64,000 nt of DNA from contig OX597832.1 of the NCBI GenBank assembly GCA_951406725.2, positions 65,410,001 through 65,474,000 on the forward strand, given 5' to 3'. This stretch comes from Octopus vulgaris. Taxonomy: Eukaryota. Under the pieces are notes generated by a model. That model did not search any database, was not told where the DNA came from, and worked only from the letters and a program-made list of their open reading frames with translations. The position numbers and the translations under genes were made by a program. Below are positions 1-14,004 of the stretch, piece after piece (position 1 is the stretch's first letter; every line of letters starts with the position of its first letter).

Positions 1-394
1 GGGATATAAAGTTGTTACGGACCAACATGGTGGTCAGGAAAATGACATATTCTGGTTGTAGAAGCCGTGGGTGTCATAAATCAACCGGGGCGTCTGGGGA
101 CCTAGAGTATTGTAAAGTAGAGTTGTCTGGTTAAATCGCTTATCTAGTTCCTCGTTACGTGTCAAGTGGTCAGCATGTACATACATACACGCATGGATAC
201 ATACACACATATACACGCGTACATATACGCACGCCTACACAACCACACGCATATAAGCATACATACGTACTCTCGTGTAAACATATACAGATATACACGG
301 AAAAAGGCGCATGTAGTTGGGTACACGAACCGACGCGCATACGTACGTATATACATACACGCACATGCTTACATTTATCAAGTACTCACCCTAA

Positions 395-471
<77 letters not shown>

Positions 472-1414
472 ATATATATATATCTCGTAAGCATTGATAA
501 TCTTTGTCGCTATTCAGCAATTAATAAACTATTGCATTTTCTTCTACTCCAAACACATCAGATATACGCTATACATATTCTATTAAATGTGTCTAACGCA
601 CACATTTTGGAGGAATTAAAGTTTCGCTGACTGAAACCTCTCATTGCTGAAATTTGAAGAGTCATTTGTAAAACTTAGCAGACATAGATATGCGTCACAA
701 CGAAACTAAAGAGCATGCCATAGACTCCTCAACGTTTCGTTTTCCACCGAGAGAAAGCACTTAAGCTAACGTTATTACAGTATTGACTCCTTTTCATTCT
801 GTTTGTTATGTTTGTCACCACTCGTACGCATACACATCTGTTTCTAATTAATTATATTTTTTTGCTTGTAATATCATTTATAATATTAAAAGGAAAAAAA
901 ATAACAACATTTTAACCTCACACTACTTGAACAAACTTTAAACAATTTCAACAAACTTTATAATTGCTATATTTCATATTTCCGGTCTCTTTAACAGCGT
1001 TAGAGGCAGCAAAACCGTAACTGCGGAGTTATTGCAGAATAAATTTGAAAATGTCTGCTACGAAAGAAAATTGTATTTTAATTGACAAATGGTGGGCATT
1101 GAGTAAACATATTTATCAATATGAACTTAATGAAATTAAAATACACATTTGATCAGGAATATTTAAAAATTATTCACTAGAGCAACGATCCATTAAAGTT
1201 TTACTTAAAAGTAACAAATCATAGAAATTTATTAAATGAATTCTGAAATTATCAAATATTTAGTAGCTAGATTAATAAAATAATACTATGATATAATGAA
1301 ATAAACTATACTAGATTAATGAATTCATCTAGAATCCATTGAAAATTAATTAATAGCTGTGTTATCTGTGTCGAAATAATTAAGAAGTAATGACAATCTG
1401 ATAGGATTATTACA

Positions 1415-4400
1415 TACAGAAGGTTGCACGAAAAATTGGCCGAGTTGCTATCCAAATTTTGTAGAAGGAATTGGAAATTGGTGTTCCTTGGTCATCGTTG
1501 ATTTGCGACGTTAGTGTTCGTGTCTAAACCACAGGGTTCGTTATAAATTTCTCTCACATGTAAATTTCTCCCCATCTTGTTTGTTGTTAAGTATGCTTAA
1601 ATTAGGTTGTGTGAATGCGTGTGGCTTGGCATCGGCTTGGAAGCAAGGTTACCTTCTAAACGACATCAAGTCACTGAACGTGGATATAGTAGCTATCAGT
1701 GAAACCAGACTCAGTAAGCCGCGGGCCCTCGAGTCCATGTTTGGCAATCAATTTGACATTTATTTTTCTCCCTGTCTGCCGAACATGGGTGGTGGAGGTA
1801 CCGCGGTGCTTTTTCGAAAGAGTCTAAATGTAAAAGTAAGAGCAATATTCCTAGACCCGGAGGGTAGGCTGGTTGTCTTGGACGTGGATGGCAGAAATGG
1901 GTGTGCATTCCCTCTGATGGCAGTTTATGCACCGTCCTTAACGGGTCGGGCGGATTTCTTCAGACGTCTAGAGGTTTTCCTGGGTACGTCTAGACCTTTA
2001 CTGTTAGTAGGGGATTGGAACGCTACCTTGGACACGCATCTAGAAGGGATATAAATAGAAGGGGTGTAAGAGCCTCAAAGACCTGCTCAGACGTTTCCAT
2101 TTGTCTAACAGGTTCCGACTCGACCATCCGAACGTGCCAACGTGGACTTGGACAAACCGCGTCGGATCGTCGATATCTTATCTAGATAGAATTCTATGCA
2201 GGACAGCGGATAGGGATAGTGTAGGATGTCCACAATTTAAAATAGTCAGCTACACAGATCACAAATTTGTTACGTGTACGCTCGACTTAGATAAAACACA
2301 TAGGCAGGGTCCCGGTTACTGGAAACTGAACACGTTGCTGTTAGCGCGACAGGTTTACAGGAACCGGATTAGTGAGTTAATTAAGAGGGCGCTGACGGGA
2401 GCCGTCGTTAACAACCGCTGGTGGTAAGCCCTGAAAATGGCAATAAAATCGGAATCAATTAGCAAGGAATTAGCGATAGAACGAAATAGAGTAGAGGGAG
2501 ACTTGGTTAAGAAACTAGAAGAGGCACTTACCACTGGCAGCGCAACCAACGTGCTGGCTGCGATGATGGCCCTCGACCAACACCTCAACGCCAAGCACGA
2601 AGGTTGCGTCGTCAGAGCTAAAATGCGTGCCTTAAGGAAGGAAGGGATCGAAGCTGCGCGAGAGGCCCGGGTAGCGGAGGCGCAGCGTGGCAACAGAGCC
2701 ACCATACGGTCTCTAATAGATCAACAGGGATGCAGTTTACTCGAACCCGAAAGGATGTGTGAGGCCTTTCAACAGCACTTTGCTCGACTGTTTGGTTCGA
2801 GTGGTGGGTCGGAACGCGGGATGGATTTCAGTGCCTACCTGACCGACCTGCCGCGGCTCTCGGCAAGAGAAGCGGAGTGTTGTGAAAGTCCCATCACAGC
2901 CGCTGACGTGCGGGATGCGATGGCGGGCTGTGCGAGGGATAAGTCGCCTGGATTGGATGGTTTACCCTACGAGCTGTGTTGTCAAATGCCAGACTTGTTT
3001 GGCGACCTCTTGGCATCAGTCTACTGCAACTGGCAACAAAACGGAAGAATCCCCGGTTTCGTGAGCCGAGGTGCAGTGACGTTGCTGAAGAAAGACCCAA
3101 ACAAGGGGAATTTTATAGATAATTTCAGGCCCATCACTCTGCTCAACGCAGATTTGAAAATTTTGGCCAAAGTAATAGCCGAGAGGTTGGCGCTTGTCAT
3201 TGGTAAACTGGTCGACAGGGCGCAAACATGGGCCGTGCCGGGCAGAACCATACATGACAACCTCCATCTGATGCGCTACATTATGGATAGGGTAGTTAAG
3301 GATCCTGGCATGGGTGGGGCGCTGATAAATTTGGATCAGTCTAAAGCCTTCGATAGGGTCAACCGTCGGTACTTGGCGGCCGTCCTCAGGGCGGCTGGCT
3401 TCGGTCCCGTCTTCCGCGGTTGGATCGCTGCCTTGTATAGCGGCATCCGATCGGTGATTCAGGTGAACGGTCACCTGTCGAAACCGTTTAACATCACGCG
3501 TTCGGTCCGTCAGGGGTGTCCCCTGTCGGCGCTTCTGTATGTATTGACTCTCGAGCCGCTACTGCGGAAGCTGGCGACACTGAGGGGCATCCCACGGGAA
3601 CTGGGTTGCGGGACGAGCGTGTCGGCATATGCGGACGATGTCACCGTCATAGTGTCGAGCGACAAACACATCCAGATGATAGGCGAGACACTAAGAAAAT
3701 ACGAAGCGGTGACGGGAGCAAAGATTAACCCGGAAAAGTCAGTGGGTTTGCTACTCGGCACCTGGAGAAGCAAGCCCATGCCGTCCGACTGCGGCTCAGT
3801 AGTGGGACGCTGGACGGACGGACCGGTTAAATTGCTCGGGGTCTGGTTCAGTCCGGACCTCCAAATGGATAAGAACTGGGACGAGACCACGAGTAGAGTG
3901 GTCGCTCTCAGCCAAACATGGGCCGAGAGAAAGCTGTCTCTAAAAGGCCGGGCGGAAGTGGCGAACGCGTACATCGCATCCGTCATCGATTACCGCCTGA
4001 CCGTCGTACCTTGTCCCGACGCCAACATCACCAAACTGGAACGCATACTCTTCCGCTTCCTGTGGAAGGGTGGCGTTCAGATGGTGAGGAAGTCCATTTG
4101 CTGTCAAAATCCGTTGAATGGAGGACTGGTCATGCCGTAGTTGATGATGCGCAGGCATGCGCTGAGACTGCGACATCTCTGGAACTTCATCGACGACGGT
4201 GAACAGGTGTGGGCGCCGTTTGTGAGGCGCGACTTCCCGCAGCTCGTCTCACTGACCGAACTGCAAACGTGGATCAAAAAGGGACCGAAACTGGGCGATT
4301 GGCACCGAGAGTGTCACCAAGGTCTACAGCAGCTCTGCCGACCGGGGTCAAACTTGTGCAACTTACAAACGACTAAAGCGTTCTATAGAGGACTAGTGGA

Positions 4401-5310
4401 GGGGAGGTCCGACGACACACTCGGGGCAAACCTGGGCGTCGACGAGAAATTCCTAACCCGCCTGTTCAGGACGACGTTCGGGCCGGGGCCTATGGATAAC
4501 TTCCAGAAATCCCTGGCTTGGCAGTGCTATCGAGACGCACTACCTGTTCGAGAGAAGAGCTACAGAAACAGTTCGAAAACCATCACCGGACCGACTTGCC
4601 CGAGATGCGGTCAGAGCGACGAAATCGTTCTGCACGCACTCGTGCAGTGTCCAGATATTTCAGAGCTGTGGTCCTTCGTCGAACAGCTGTTGTCATGTGT
4701 AGGTCGGGCTCGCCTATCGGCCGAGTCTATTGTGAATATTGTTCCACCACCTTCCTTTAAACGGGAAGGGAAAACGGTTTTCGTTACGCTGATGGCTATG
4801 GCGAAAGAATGTGTGTGGTGGACGCGTTTGAAAGGACTGCAAACAAAGATCTTCCTCTCTGGTCAGTCTCTCGTCAACTTTTTCAAGTACTACTTGAAAA
4901 GGAGGATGAGAATAGAGAGGAAGGCTTTGTCGAATGAATGTTTTAATAAAAAGTGGGTAAAAGTGGCAAAAATGGTCAGTATGAAAGACAACACTATTTT
5001 AAGCATAAATCTGTAACCAAAAGAGACAACGAGAAGTAAGGCGACTTACTCATGTGTTCCTTTTCGAACTGTCTGAGGTGATCTTGGTCTTTTTTGTAGG
5101 TTTTTCTTTCCAAGGCTACACCTAAACTGTGAACCTTATATATATATATATATATTACTTTTTTATACACCACTCAACCCACAGATCCCTTTTGATCAAA
5201 GGTTTTTTTTTTGTGCCCCACCCATCCCACCTCGAAAAGAAAAAATTCTACATTGTATTTCGTCCATTTTATTCTGTGTTTAGCCCTGTGTGGCTACAAT
5301 AAAAAGTTAT
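1415..5310 (+). mobile_element. Tx1/L1-clade non-LTR retrotransposon, 5'-truncated (probable ORF1 end, ORF2, 3' UTR), ending in a (TATC)n tail
   Basis: ORF2 has an APE endonuclease (VAISET, VYAP, LVGDWN, YLDR, YTDH), RT (KSPGLDGL, NFRPITLLN, DQSKAFDRV, SVRQGCPLS, YADD) and a C-terminal CCHC (CPRCGQSDEIVLHALVQC). AATAAA is followed by (TATC)n at ~5298-5428. The 5' boundary is approximate. Confidence 0.92.
1593..5016 (+). pseudogene. ORF2 (APE endonuclease-reverse transcriptase-zinc knuckle) of the Tx1-like LINE, disrupted
   Basis: ORFs 1581-2054, 2101-2427, 2437-4140 and 4141-5016 join into one polyprotein, with one frameshift near 2050 and in-frame stops at 2425-2427 and 4138-4140. Confidence 0.9.
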
Positions 5311-5334
5311 CTATCTATCTGTCTGTCTGTCTGC

Positions 5335-5392
<58 letters not shown>

Positions 5393-5397
5393 GTCTG

Positions 5398-5428
<31 letters not shown>
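5308..5428 (+). repeat. (TATC)n tetranucleotide microsatellite (LINE tail)
   Basis: Direct reading; it starts immediately after the AATAAA of the Tx1-like element. Confidence 0.95.
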
Positions 5429-5924
5429 GGTGGACGCGTCTGAAAGGATTAGAGACAAACACTTTCCTCTCTGGTCAATCTCTCATCAACTTCTTCAAGT
5501 ATCACTTGAAGAAAAAAGTGAGAGTAGAGAGGCAAGTTTTGTCTAGTGAATGTTTTAAAAAGATGGGTGAATGTAGCAAGGATGGCACGTATGAATGACG
5601 AAGCCACCTTGACTATGATTCTATGAACAGTAAAAATTAATACAGAGAGTTGCTTATTTGCAAAAAAAAAAAAAGAAATATAACATGTGACTTCATTGAC
5701 CGAGGTTACCGTGGTCTTTTCCGTAGGCTTTTCTTTCCACGGGTAAACCTCACCTGTCCCCCCTTTACACTTCATATTGACATTTCTGTGATAACGATCC
5801 CTATTGATCAATTTTTTTTTTTTCCTCTCCCCCTTTTTTTAACCCCCCTTTTTTTGTCCTCTTTCTCTCCTTTTACGATCCCTTTTGATCGACCCCCCCT
5901 TTTTTTATTTTATTTTATTTTTTA

Positions 5925-5967
<43 letters not shown>

Positions 5968-6056
5968 TTTTTTTTTTTTTAAACCTTCAAAAGAAAAGCT
6001 CTACCTTGTAATTTGTTCTATCTGTGTGCAGCCCTGTGTGGCTAATAAAGAAACAT
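5428..6056 (+). mobile_element. Severely 5'-truncated copy of a related Tx1-like LINE (ORF2 C-terminus plus 3' UTR), followed by (TATC)n to ~6272
   Basis: WWTRLKGLETNTFLSGQSLINFFKYHLKKKVRVERQVLSSECF parallels WWTRLKGLQTKIFLSGQSLVNFFKYYLKRRMRIERKALSNECF at ~4815-4945. Its 3' end GCCCTGTGTGGCTAATAAAG matches that of the first copy. Confidence 0.9.
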
Positions 6057-6081
6057 ATCTACCTATCTATCTATCTGTCTG

Positions 6082-6187
<106 letters not shown>

Positions 6188-6209
6188 CATCCATCTATCC
6201 ATCTATCTA

Positions 6210-6273
<64 letters not shown>

Positions 6274-6287
6274 CATAAATAAATTCA

Positions 6288-6334
<47 letters not shown>

Positions 6335-6360
6335 ATAATAATAATAATAATAATAATAAT

Positions 6361-6900
6361 AGAACATACTGATCAATGGTATGAACACATACCTAGTAAC
6401 GTACTAGAAAGGAAGAAATACATGATGTGGTGTGACTTTAACATTCAGACCGACAGAGTAATAGAAGCTAGAGCGCTTGATTTGGTAGCGGTAGACACAA
6501 ATAATAGAAAGTGCCAGATAATTAACTTTACAGTCCCAAATGATGAAAAAATTAATATTAGAGGTATAGAAAAGTTAGCAAAGCACCAGGACCTAGACAT
6601 TGAATTTGAGAGACTATGAAACTCGCGAGTAAAATGTATCCCAGTAATTATAGGCGCATTGGGAACTATTCCTAAAGATCTGAACAGATGGACAGAGAAA
6701 ATAGGCATAAAACCAAATTTAGTACAGCTCCAGAAAACAGTGTTATTATGGACAACTAAGATACTTAGGAGGGTTCTTCGCATTTAAGGTTTTTTGTTGT
6801 AGCCCGACAGGAGGGTTCTTGGCATCTGAGGCTACGTGTTGTAGTCCGATGTTAGAAAATTTTCTTTTCCAAAACTCTATTCTGTCGAGTGTATATAAAA
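6361..6900 (+). mobile_element. R4/Dong-clade LINE 3' fragment (restriction-like endonuclease domain) inside (TAA)n
   Basis: [61 protein letters not shown] is the typical RLE C-terminus of the R4 clade. It is flanked on both sides by (TAA)n. Confidence 0.85.
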
Positions 6901-6918
6901 ATGGTAATAGTAATAATA

Positions 6919-6984
<66 letters not shown>

Positions 6985-6985
<1 letters not shown>

Positions 6986-8075
6986 TTTTCTTCATTGGCA
7001 ACGAGGTCCCAAGACATGGAGGCCAATATCGAAGGACAAGTTACAGCACAAAAAAAAAATTACAAAAACATTTGAGGTTAACATCAATCAAAGAGATATA
7101 CTACCACATTAAAGGATATAACAGACAACGTGTCATAGAAAGTAGGGAAATGATTAATAAATAAAGACCATCCCCAATACCGGAGCAGTCCACTTAGTAT
7201 AATACGGGGTAAAATGCACACAAATATCCCGGATTACTTTACCATCTCAAAGGGCTGGGAAAGTGTCCTCTTCCATTTTAGTTCCTCCTGCTTCGAAAAG
7301 CAGTAGAGCCGCCAGTCAATCTTACCAGTCTTGCCACTTTTGAACGTCTTTTGATAAACACCCTAGAAGACTGCACTTCTTTTTCTGTCCCCATCTTCCT
7401 CTTCAAATGACACTTGAAGAAATTAATGAAATCTTGACCAGAGAGGAATGTGCCTGCCTTCAAACCGTTCAGACAGGTCTCCCACGCAGTCTCTTTTGGA
7501 CACAGTCACTAATCAGAGAAAGATCTGCTTTCCTTCTCTGCAAAGGGAAGGTGGTGCGTCGATCTTCACTATACACTCGGTAGACAGTTGAACTCGTCTT
7601 ACACGTGAGGACACAATCCCGCACAATCTTACAACTCTCCAATGCAGGGACACTGTAATATTGCATGCAGGACAGTTTCGTTCCCCGGCAAGCATCTCGG
7701 GCCTGAAGATCATGCCTCGAACGGGCAATAACCCTCTGTAGCACTGCCAAACCAAAGACATTTTTTGGAAACTGTCCATGATCTTCGACCCGAAGTTCCT
7801 CTGGAGGAGACAACTCACACTGTTCTCGTCGATGCCTAGATTCAATCCTAGGGCATCATCACTCATACTTTCAACTAGCCCCTTATAGAATTCTTGGGTT
7901 GTTTAGCCGCTAACGGTTTTGGGCAGCTGGAGCAACGTAGTGAGCACTTGGCAATATTTTAGATGACAAACGCCCAACCTTGGTCTATGTTTGACCGATG
8001 ACTGCAGCTCTGTCAATGAGATGAGATGCGAAAAGACGTGTCGCACGAAAAATGCCCACACCATTTCCCCCTTAT
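6985..8075 (-). mobile_element. Degenerate 5'-truncated Tx1-like LINE, diverged subfamily, minus strand, ending in (ATT)n
   Basis: Minus-strand ORFs VWAFFVRHVFSHLISLTELQS, SDDALGLNLGIDE..MDSFQKMSLVWQCYRGLLPVR and FLSGQDFINFFKCHLKRKM align with the ORF2 C-terminus of the 1.4-5.3 kb element. Confidence 0.85.
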
Positions 8076-8832
8076 TTTCGTCGCCTTTAACGTCGTTATT
8101 GCAATGATGTAGATATTTCTGTAGGTGCGACGACGACGATGACGACAACAACAACAACAACCCCAACAAGAATAAATATACATATGTATAAAATGAATTA
8201 TATTAACGAGGTATATGTAATAGTACTCACATCAAAACATTGATATATATTTTAACTTTTATGAAAATATTCCCAAAATAATCGACAAGCTCATATGAAT
8301 AGAGATATATTTATCCAGACTATTTTTATGCTAGGAATATATTTATATGTATGACTGTTAACACGCACACAGACAAAGACACACACTCAGACACACATAC
8401 ACACACACATGTATTTTTACGTGACTTTGTGTCTGTGCTGCAGTGATGTTGTTCTGTATTAACCTTATATGCTTGGTTAACACAAAATGTATGTACTAAT
8501 ATGTCATTCGATTTTTTTTGTGCAGTATGTTTGGCTTGTTTTGATTTCATATTTAAACGTGACCATTGATATTCCCGACTATTTTCAGATACCATGCATA
8601 TATAATGCACGATCTATATAAAAAAAAAAAAAAACATTACATTCACACATTTGTGAATATATTTACATAAATATATATAAAATATATAAATACGTATATT
8701 TGTTTATACACACACATATACACACGCGCACACGCATACACAAACATTTGTAATTACTGTTTTGTTATTTGTACAACCTAAAAGCTATTGCTTTTGTTTG
8801 ATACGTTACTATAATAATATTTCTCTATCGTT

Positions 8833-9046
8833 AGGCGACGAGCTGGCAGAAACGTTAGCACACCGGGCGAAATGCTTAACGGTGTTTCGTTTGTCTTTAC
8901 TACGTTCTGCGTTCAAATTCTGCCATGGTCGACTTCGCCATTCATCCTTTCGGGGTGTTAAGTACCAGTTGCGTACTGGGGTGTCGATCTAATCGACTGC
9001 CCCCTCCCCCAAAATTTCGGGCCTTGTGCCTAGTGTGGAAAAGTAT
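8833..9046 (+). mobile_element. tRNA-derived SINE, family A (~210 bp)
   Basis: GGCGACGAGCTGGCAGAAACGTTAGC head, GTTCAAATTC B-box-like motif, core GTCGACTTCGCCATTCATCCTTTCGGGG. Homologous to 9545-9757 and 34719-34934. Confidence 0.85.
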
Positions 9047-9544
9047 ACTTTACTATAGTTGTATGTAAAAAAATTATACAGCTTAACATTTTCATATAGT
9101 ATTAGAAGAGCCATCCTCATATATCTCTATCTATTCATCTATGTGCGTATCTTTTAGCTATCTATCTATCCAATATGTCTATCTATCTGTCTGTCTGTCA
9201 GTCTCTATCTGTCTATCTAAATGATTGTATGTATAAGTGTATGTGCATTGGTGCTTATAAGCTTATATACGTATATGTGGGCAGTTATGATTGTTGTATG
9301 TATATATATATATATGTGTGGTTTACTAGAAATTAAAAAAACAAAATACTATTTTTAGTCCAAAAGAATGTATACTCCACGTAGTACCGGCTGCATTGGT
9401 CATAGGAATAATCTTTATGGTAAATGAGTTTAGCGCAAGACCATTTAGTTCTTCTTAGATCCTCCGGGAAAATGAATGTTTTTTCAATTCAACACGTCAG
9501 ACTGCGCAGTTATTTTTCATCTCAGTCAATATAGGCCTAAAGTA

Positions 9545-9757
9545 TTATTTCCTACCCTAGGCGCAAGACCTGATTTTGTGGGGAGGGGACCAATCGTTTA
9601 CATCGACCCCAGCACGCAACTGGTACTTAATTTATCGACCCCGAAAGGATGAAATGCAAAGTCGGCCTCGGCGGAATTTGAACTCAGAACCGAAAGACAG
9701 ACGAAATATCTCTAAGCATTTCGCCCGGCGTGCTAACGTTTCTGTCGGCTTGCTGTC
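9545..9757 (-). mobile_element. tRNA-derived SINE, family A
   Basis: The reverse complement aligns end to end with 8833-9046. Confidence 0.85.
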
Positions 9758-9909
9758 TTCATCGGCTAAAAGTATTGAAGTTGTTTGCTGTTCTGTGTGA
9801 TGACTGAGTGCGGTCCTGTCCTTCTTTATCTCTCTCTTCCTCTCTGTGTCTCTATATCTCTCTCTTTCTCTCTCTGTCTCTCTCTCTCTCTATATATATA
9901 TATATCTAT

Positions 9910-10060
9910 ATACGGAGGTTTACTGAAAATTTCCTGGCTTCGGCTAAAAGAAAATACAGATTAATTATGATTTTATTCAACATGTTCCCCTTTCAGATTC
10001 ACACACTGTAAAAGAACTCGGAAGGCTGCGCCTCCAGACAGACTTTTCATGATACTCTTA
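9910..10060. mobile_element. Mariner-like terminal fragment / MITE remnant
   Basis: TA-CGGAGGTTTACTGAAAATTTCCTGGCTT resembles mariner TIR starts. It follows (TA)n, and no clear partner TIR was found. Confidence 0.4.
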
Positions 10061-10134
10061 AACCCATGTACTCTTCACTTGCATACACTTGTATATTCGT
10101 ATATATATATATATATACACCACACACATATAAA

Positions 10135-10650
10135 CTCTTTTATTTTCCTGTTATTGTTTACATCCAGAGGTTGTGACTATGCTGGAGGAACCATTATGAT
10201 CATTAATGATTTCTACTTATATTTCAGAGGTTCTTCCCGGCCCCATTCCCAAATCTCTCACAGTGAAGTAGTTAGATGAACAGAGCTGAACAGATGTGGG
10301 TTCATCTAGGGTATCGAATAAAAAAATGTTGTAATTGTTGTTTGAGCACATCTATATCTACTCCTCCTAGATCTTTGAAGCGTTTTGGCAAGCTATTTAG
10401 AAATTGTGAGCATTTCAACTTGAAAGTGTCACAATATTGTGTTCTTTCTCGGACAGAGAGGGCGGGATCATTAATATTGCGCAATGATGTCCAATTCGAG
10501 GATTGGCGTAGACTTCAGTTTCAAATTTAGGTATAAGATCTTTCAAGATCGTTTTCCATATATACAGCACTGCGCATTTTTCGATTTTCCTCTTCAAAGA
10601 GAAATGTTTCAGTTCTTTTAGCCTCTCACATTGTCTCATCTGTTAAAACA
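10135..10650 (-). mobile_element. CR1-like LINE 3' fragment, degenerate
   Basis: LKELKHFSLKRKIEKCAVLYIWK..YANPRIGHHC and QYCDTFKLKCSQFLNSLPKRFKDLGGVDIDVLK are homologous to the ORF at 15294-16118. Confidence 0.8.
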
Positions 10651-11338
10651 AGGTAATCGTCGTGATGTAGAGAGACTGTACTGCCTGCCGTTCTGCTACG
10701 CATACGTATATGTATGCATTTGTAGGTATGTATAAGCATGTATATGAATATATGTATGTATGCATGTATGTATGTATGTATGTATATAGGTGTGTCTATG
10801 AATCTATGCATGTGTATTTCTACATATCATACATAAATATATGACTATCTCTCTCTGTATATTTATGCATGTATGAGTATATATGTATATATACACACAG
10901 ACACATATATAAATAAAGATATATGAATATGTATACATACATGCATATATAAAGAATTTACGCAAAGAGTCATAGGCAATGCATTATTTTCATATATTAT
11001 ATTCGTAAATTATTCGAGAAGGAATCACTTCCACGGTAAACAGTGTATATACACTGGTTGTTTCAGATAATTAGTTTGGAACATGTCGTTTCTATCTCAG
11101 GTGCATCAATCATATTTGCATATTCCAATATACATACGTGGGTACACACACACACACATATATACATATACATACATACATGCATAAACGCATTCCGGTG
11201 CACAGGCACACATACACGCATATATATTTATGCATATGTATATATACATATATGTATATATATATATATGTGTATATATATATGTATATATACGTGTGTG
11301 TATGTGTGTATATAGATATAAATAAATATATATATATG

Positions 11339-11398
<60 letters not shown>

Positions 11399-12073
11399 TA
11401 TGCACACACCCCCACAGACACATACACACGCATGTATATAGCAGCGAATACTGTTTTGGAAATCGTGGAGACAAATTTTATTGATGTATTGTTCCGCATC
11501 TAATATAGCATGTTTGGAATGTATGACCAAAACAGTAAACTCGATTCGAGGAACTGGTAGAAGCAAAATGACAAAATTTCAAAAGTCATTTTACTGAATC
11601 ACGTTTTTGGTTATTTCTGCATCTAGAGATAAGCTTTGCTTCTTCTCTTTCATACATTACCATTTTCTCTTTCTTTCATACTTTCTCTCTTTCTTGGATT
11701 CACGTTATTTATTTATTTATTTATATATTCTTTGCTCTCTTATAAATTCCTCTTTTCTCTTGTTATATGAGAGCGTTCATTCAACAAGTTTCTTACCGCC
11801 TCTTATCCCCTATAGCTGTTATCGTTGAAGGTAACATAACAGAATACCAAAAGCCTAGAGAAAGAATCACGAAATCGTGCGTTCGATCCTTTAGTCTTAT
11901 AACGGTGTAAACTAAAAGAGAAAGGAAAAAAATGAAAGAAATAAGGAAGAGAGAAAATAATTCTTTTAAGAAAGAAAGTCACAAAAATTTCGATATACAA
12001 ATGTATGTTATATATATGTATGTATGCATTTATGTATGTTTGTACGTATGTAAATTAATGTATCTCTCTCTTC

Positions 12074-12104
<31 letters not shown>

Positions 12105-12175
12105 AATAGATATATATACATACATATATGTATATAATACACTCATATATATATACATACATATATCTATATCTA

Positions 12176-12206
<31 letters not shown>

Positions 12207-12293
12207 ATATATATATACATATATATGTATATACATATATCTATATATGTATGTATATACAAATATATATATACATACATATATATAATACAG

Positions 12294-12332
<39 letters not shown>

Positions 12333-12424
12333 CGTATATATACATATGTATATATACAATAATATATACATATATATATATATATACTGACATATATGTA
12401 TATATGTATATATGTATATATGTG

Positions 12425-12485
<61 letters not shown>

Positions 12486-12595
12486 ATGTATATGTGTGTG
12501 TTTGTATGTGTGTCTGCATATACGTGCATGAATATATGCATACTTTTGTTAATATAATGTATATTGATAAATATATGTATATACACATTTTACTG

Positions 12596-12680
<85 letters not shown>

Positions 12681-13104
12681 GTGTGATTATATGAATCAAG
12701 ACTTACGTATGTAAATATGATTCGGTGTAGATTAAAATCCTTGTATAGACCCGGTTTTGAAAATAATGTCATTCATGTTGGATGACTGGAGCTGCGATAT
12801 ATCTTTAAGCTAGTTGCTGTAGAATGACGAAGTAAATAAAATTCTATAAAATAATGTAAGATAAGGAAAATACATTGTCATTATACTAGTTTTATAATCG
12901 GGCAGGTTTATTTTTTTCTAATAGAAATTCCTTGAACAGAAAAGAAAGAACAATATAGTAAAAGCCTTCGTTCAATGTCTCTATGCATAAAATTGCAAGC
13001 TTCCCATGCTTGATTGTCTGAGTGTATGCTTTCTGTGTTGGGGCTTGTGTGAAGGACGTGAGTAGGTTTGCATGTGTTTGTGTGGGATGGGAGAATTTTC
13101 ACGC

Positions 13105-13158
<54 letters not shown>

Positions 13159-13301
13159 GCATACATACATACATAAATACATACATACATACATACATAC
13201 ATACATACATACGTATGTGTTTGTATGAATAAGCATATGAATGCATATGTATTTCTGCCATATGACAGCGGGTAGATACGTTAATATTCATATATATAGG
13301 C

Positions 13302-13378
<77 letters not shown>

Positions 13379-13543
13379 CATCTATCTATATGTATATATC
13401 TATATATATACTGTAAATATGCCTGTGTTTGCAAATTTGGACACCCACGTACGCCCCCATAATTTTATGCATATATACATATATAAATATATTTACACAT
13501 AAGATTATATATATAATATGTGTGTGAGTGTGTGTTTATGTTG

Positions 13544-13589
<46 letters not shown>

Positions 13590-13606
13590 GTATAAATGTA
13601 TGTATA

Positions 13607-13667
<61 letters not shown>

Positions 13668-13672
<5 letters not shown>

Positions 13673-13742
13673 TAATCCAATCAAGAAAACACAAAAAACA
13701 CAACAACGCGAGGACGTGAAACAAATTTAGTATTATTGGACA
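13668..13742 (-). mobile_element. Fragment of the Penelope-type pseudo-LTR end seen at 23230-23460
   Basis: AAAGTTAATCCAA..ACAACAACGCGAGGACGTGAAACAAAT..TATTATTGGAC is the reverse complement of ~23368-23460, and it abuts (TA)n. Confidence 0.7.
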
Positions 13743-14004
13743 TTGTTAATATATTTGATGTTATTATAACGGATATATAAAGTATAAGGGTTTATACAAA
13801 CTCATGAGGATTTTAAACCACTTAATGGATTGGTAAAATAGTCATCGATTGTGGTAACCATCTGATGACCTAATACTGCTAAGTAAAGAAGACCCAGAAG
13901 ATGACTAAACAATAAGATGACAGAAAACATAAGAAAAATTCCTTGAAGTAGGAGCAGATATATTTTAATTGTTTCAGCCAATAGTTTGCCTAACATCTAC
14001 GTTG

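Noticed and set aside
34-160. Short non-repetitive minus-strand ORF at the window edge
   Set aside because: No recognisable motif, truncated context, and its start derives from a microsatellite.
159-630. ORFs rich in YI, HT and CV repeats here and throughout the window
   Set aside because: They are translations of (TA)n and (CA)n microsatellites, which lack stop codons. They are not genes.
725-768. Minus-strand GAAACGTTGAG with an upstream hairpin (possible HHR)
   Set aside because: The CUGANGA core is not recoverable, so it is too degenerate to call.
2355-4760. Antisense and alternative-frame ORFs over the Tx1 ORF2
   Set aside because: By-products of GC-rich coding sequence with no recognisable domains.
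13860-13900. Isolated CTGATGA matches (also 25497, 32055 and 62627)
   Set aside because: No properly placed GAAA..UH with pairing stems. Such matches are expected by chance.
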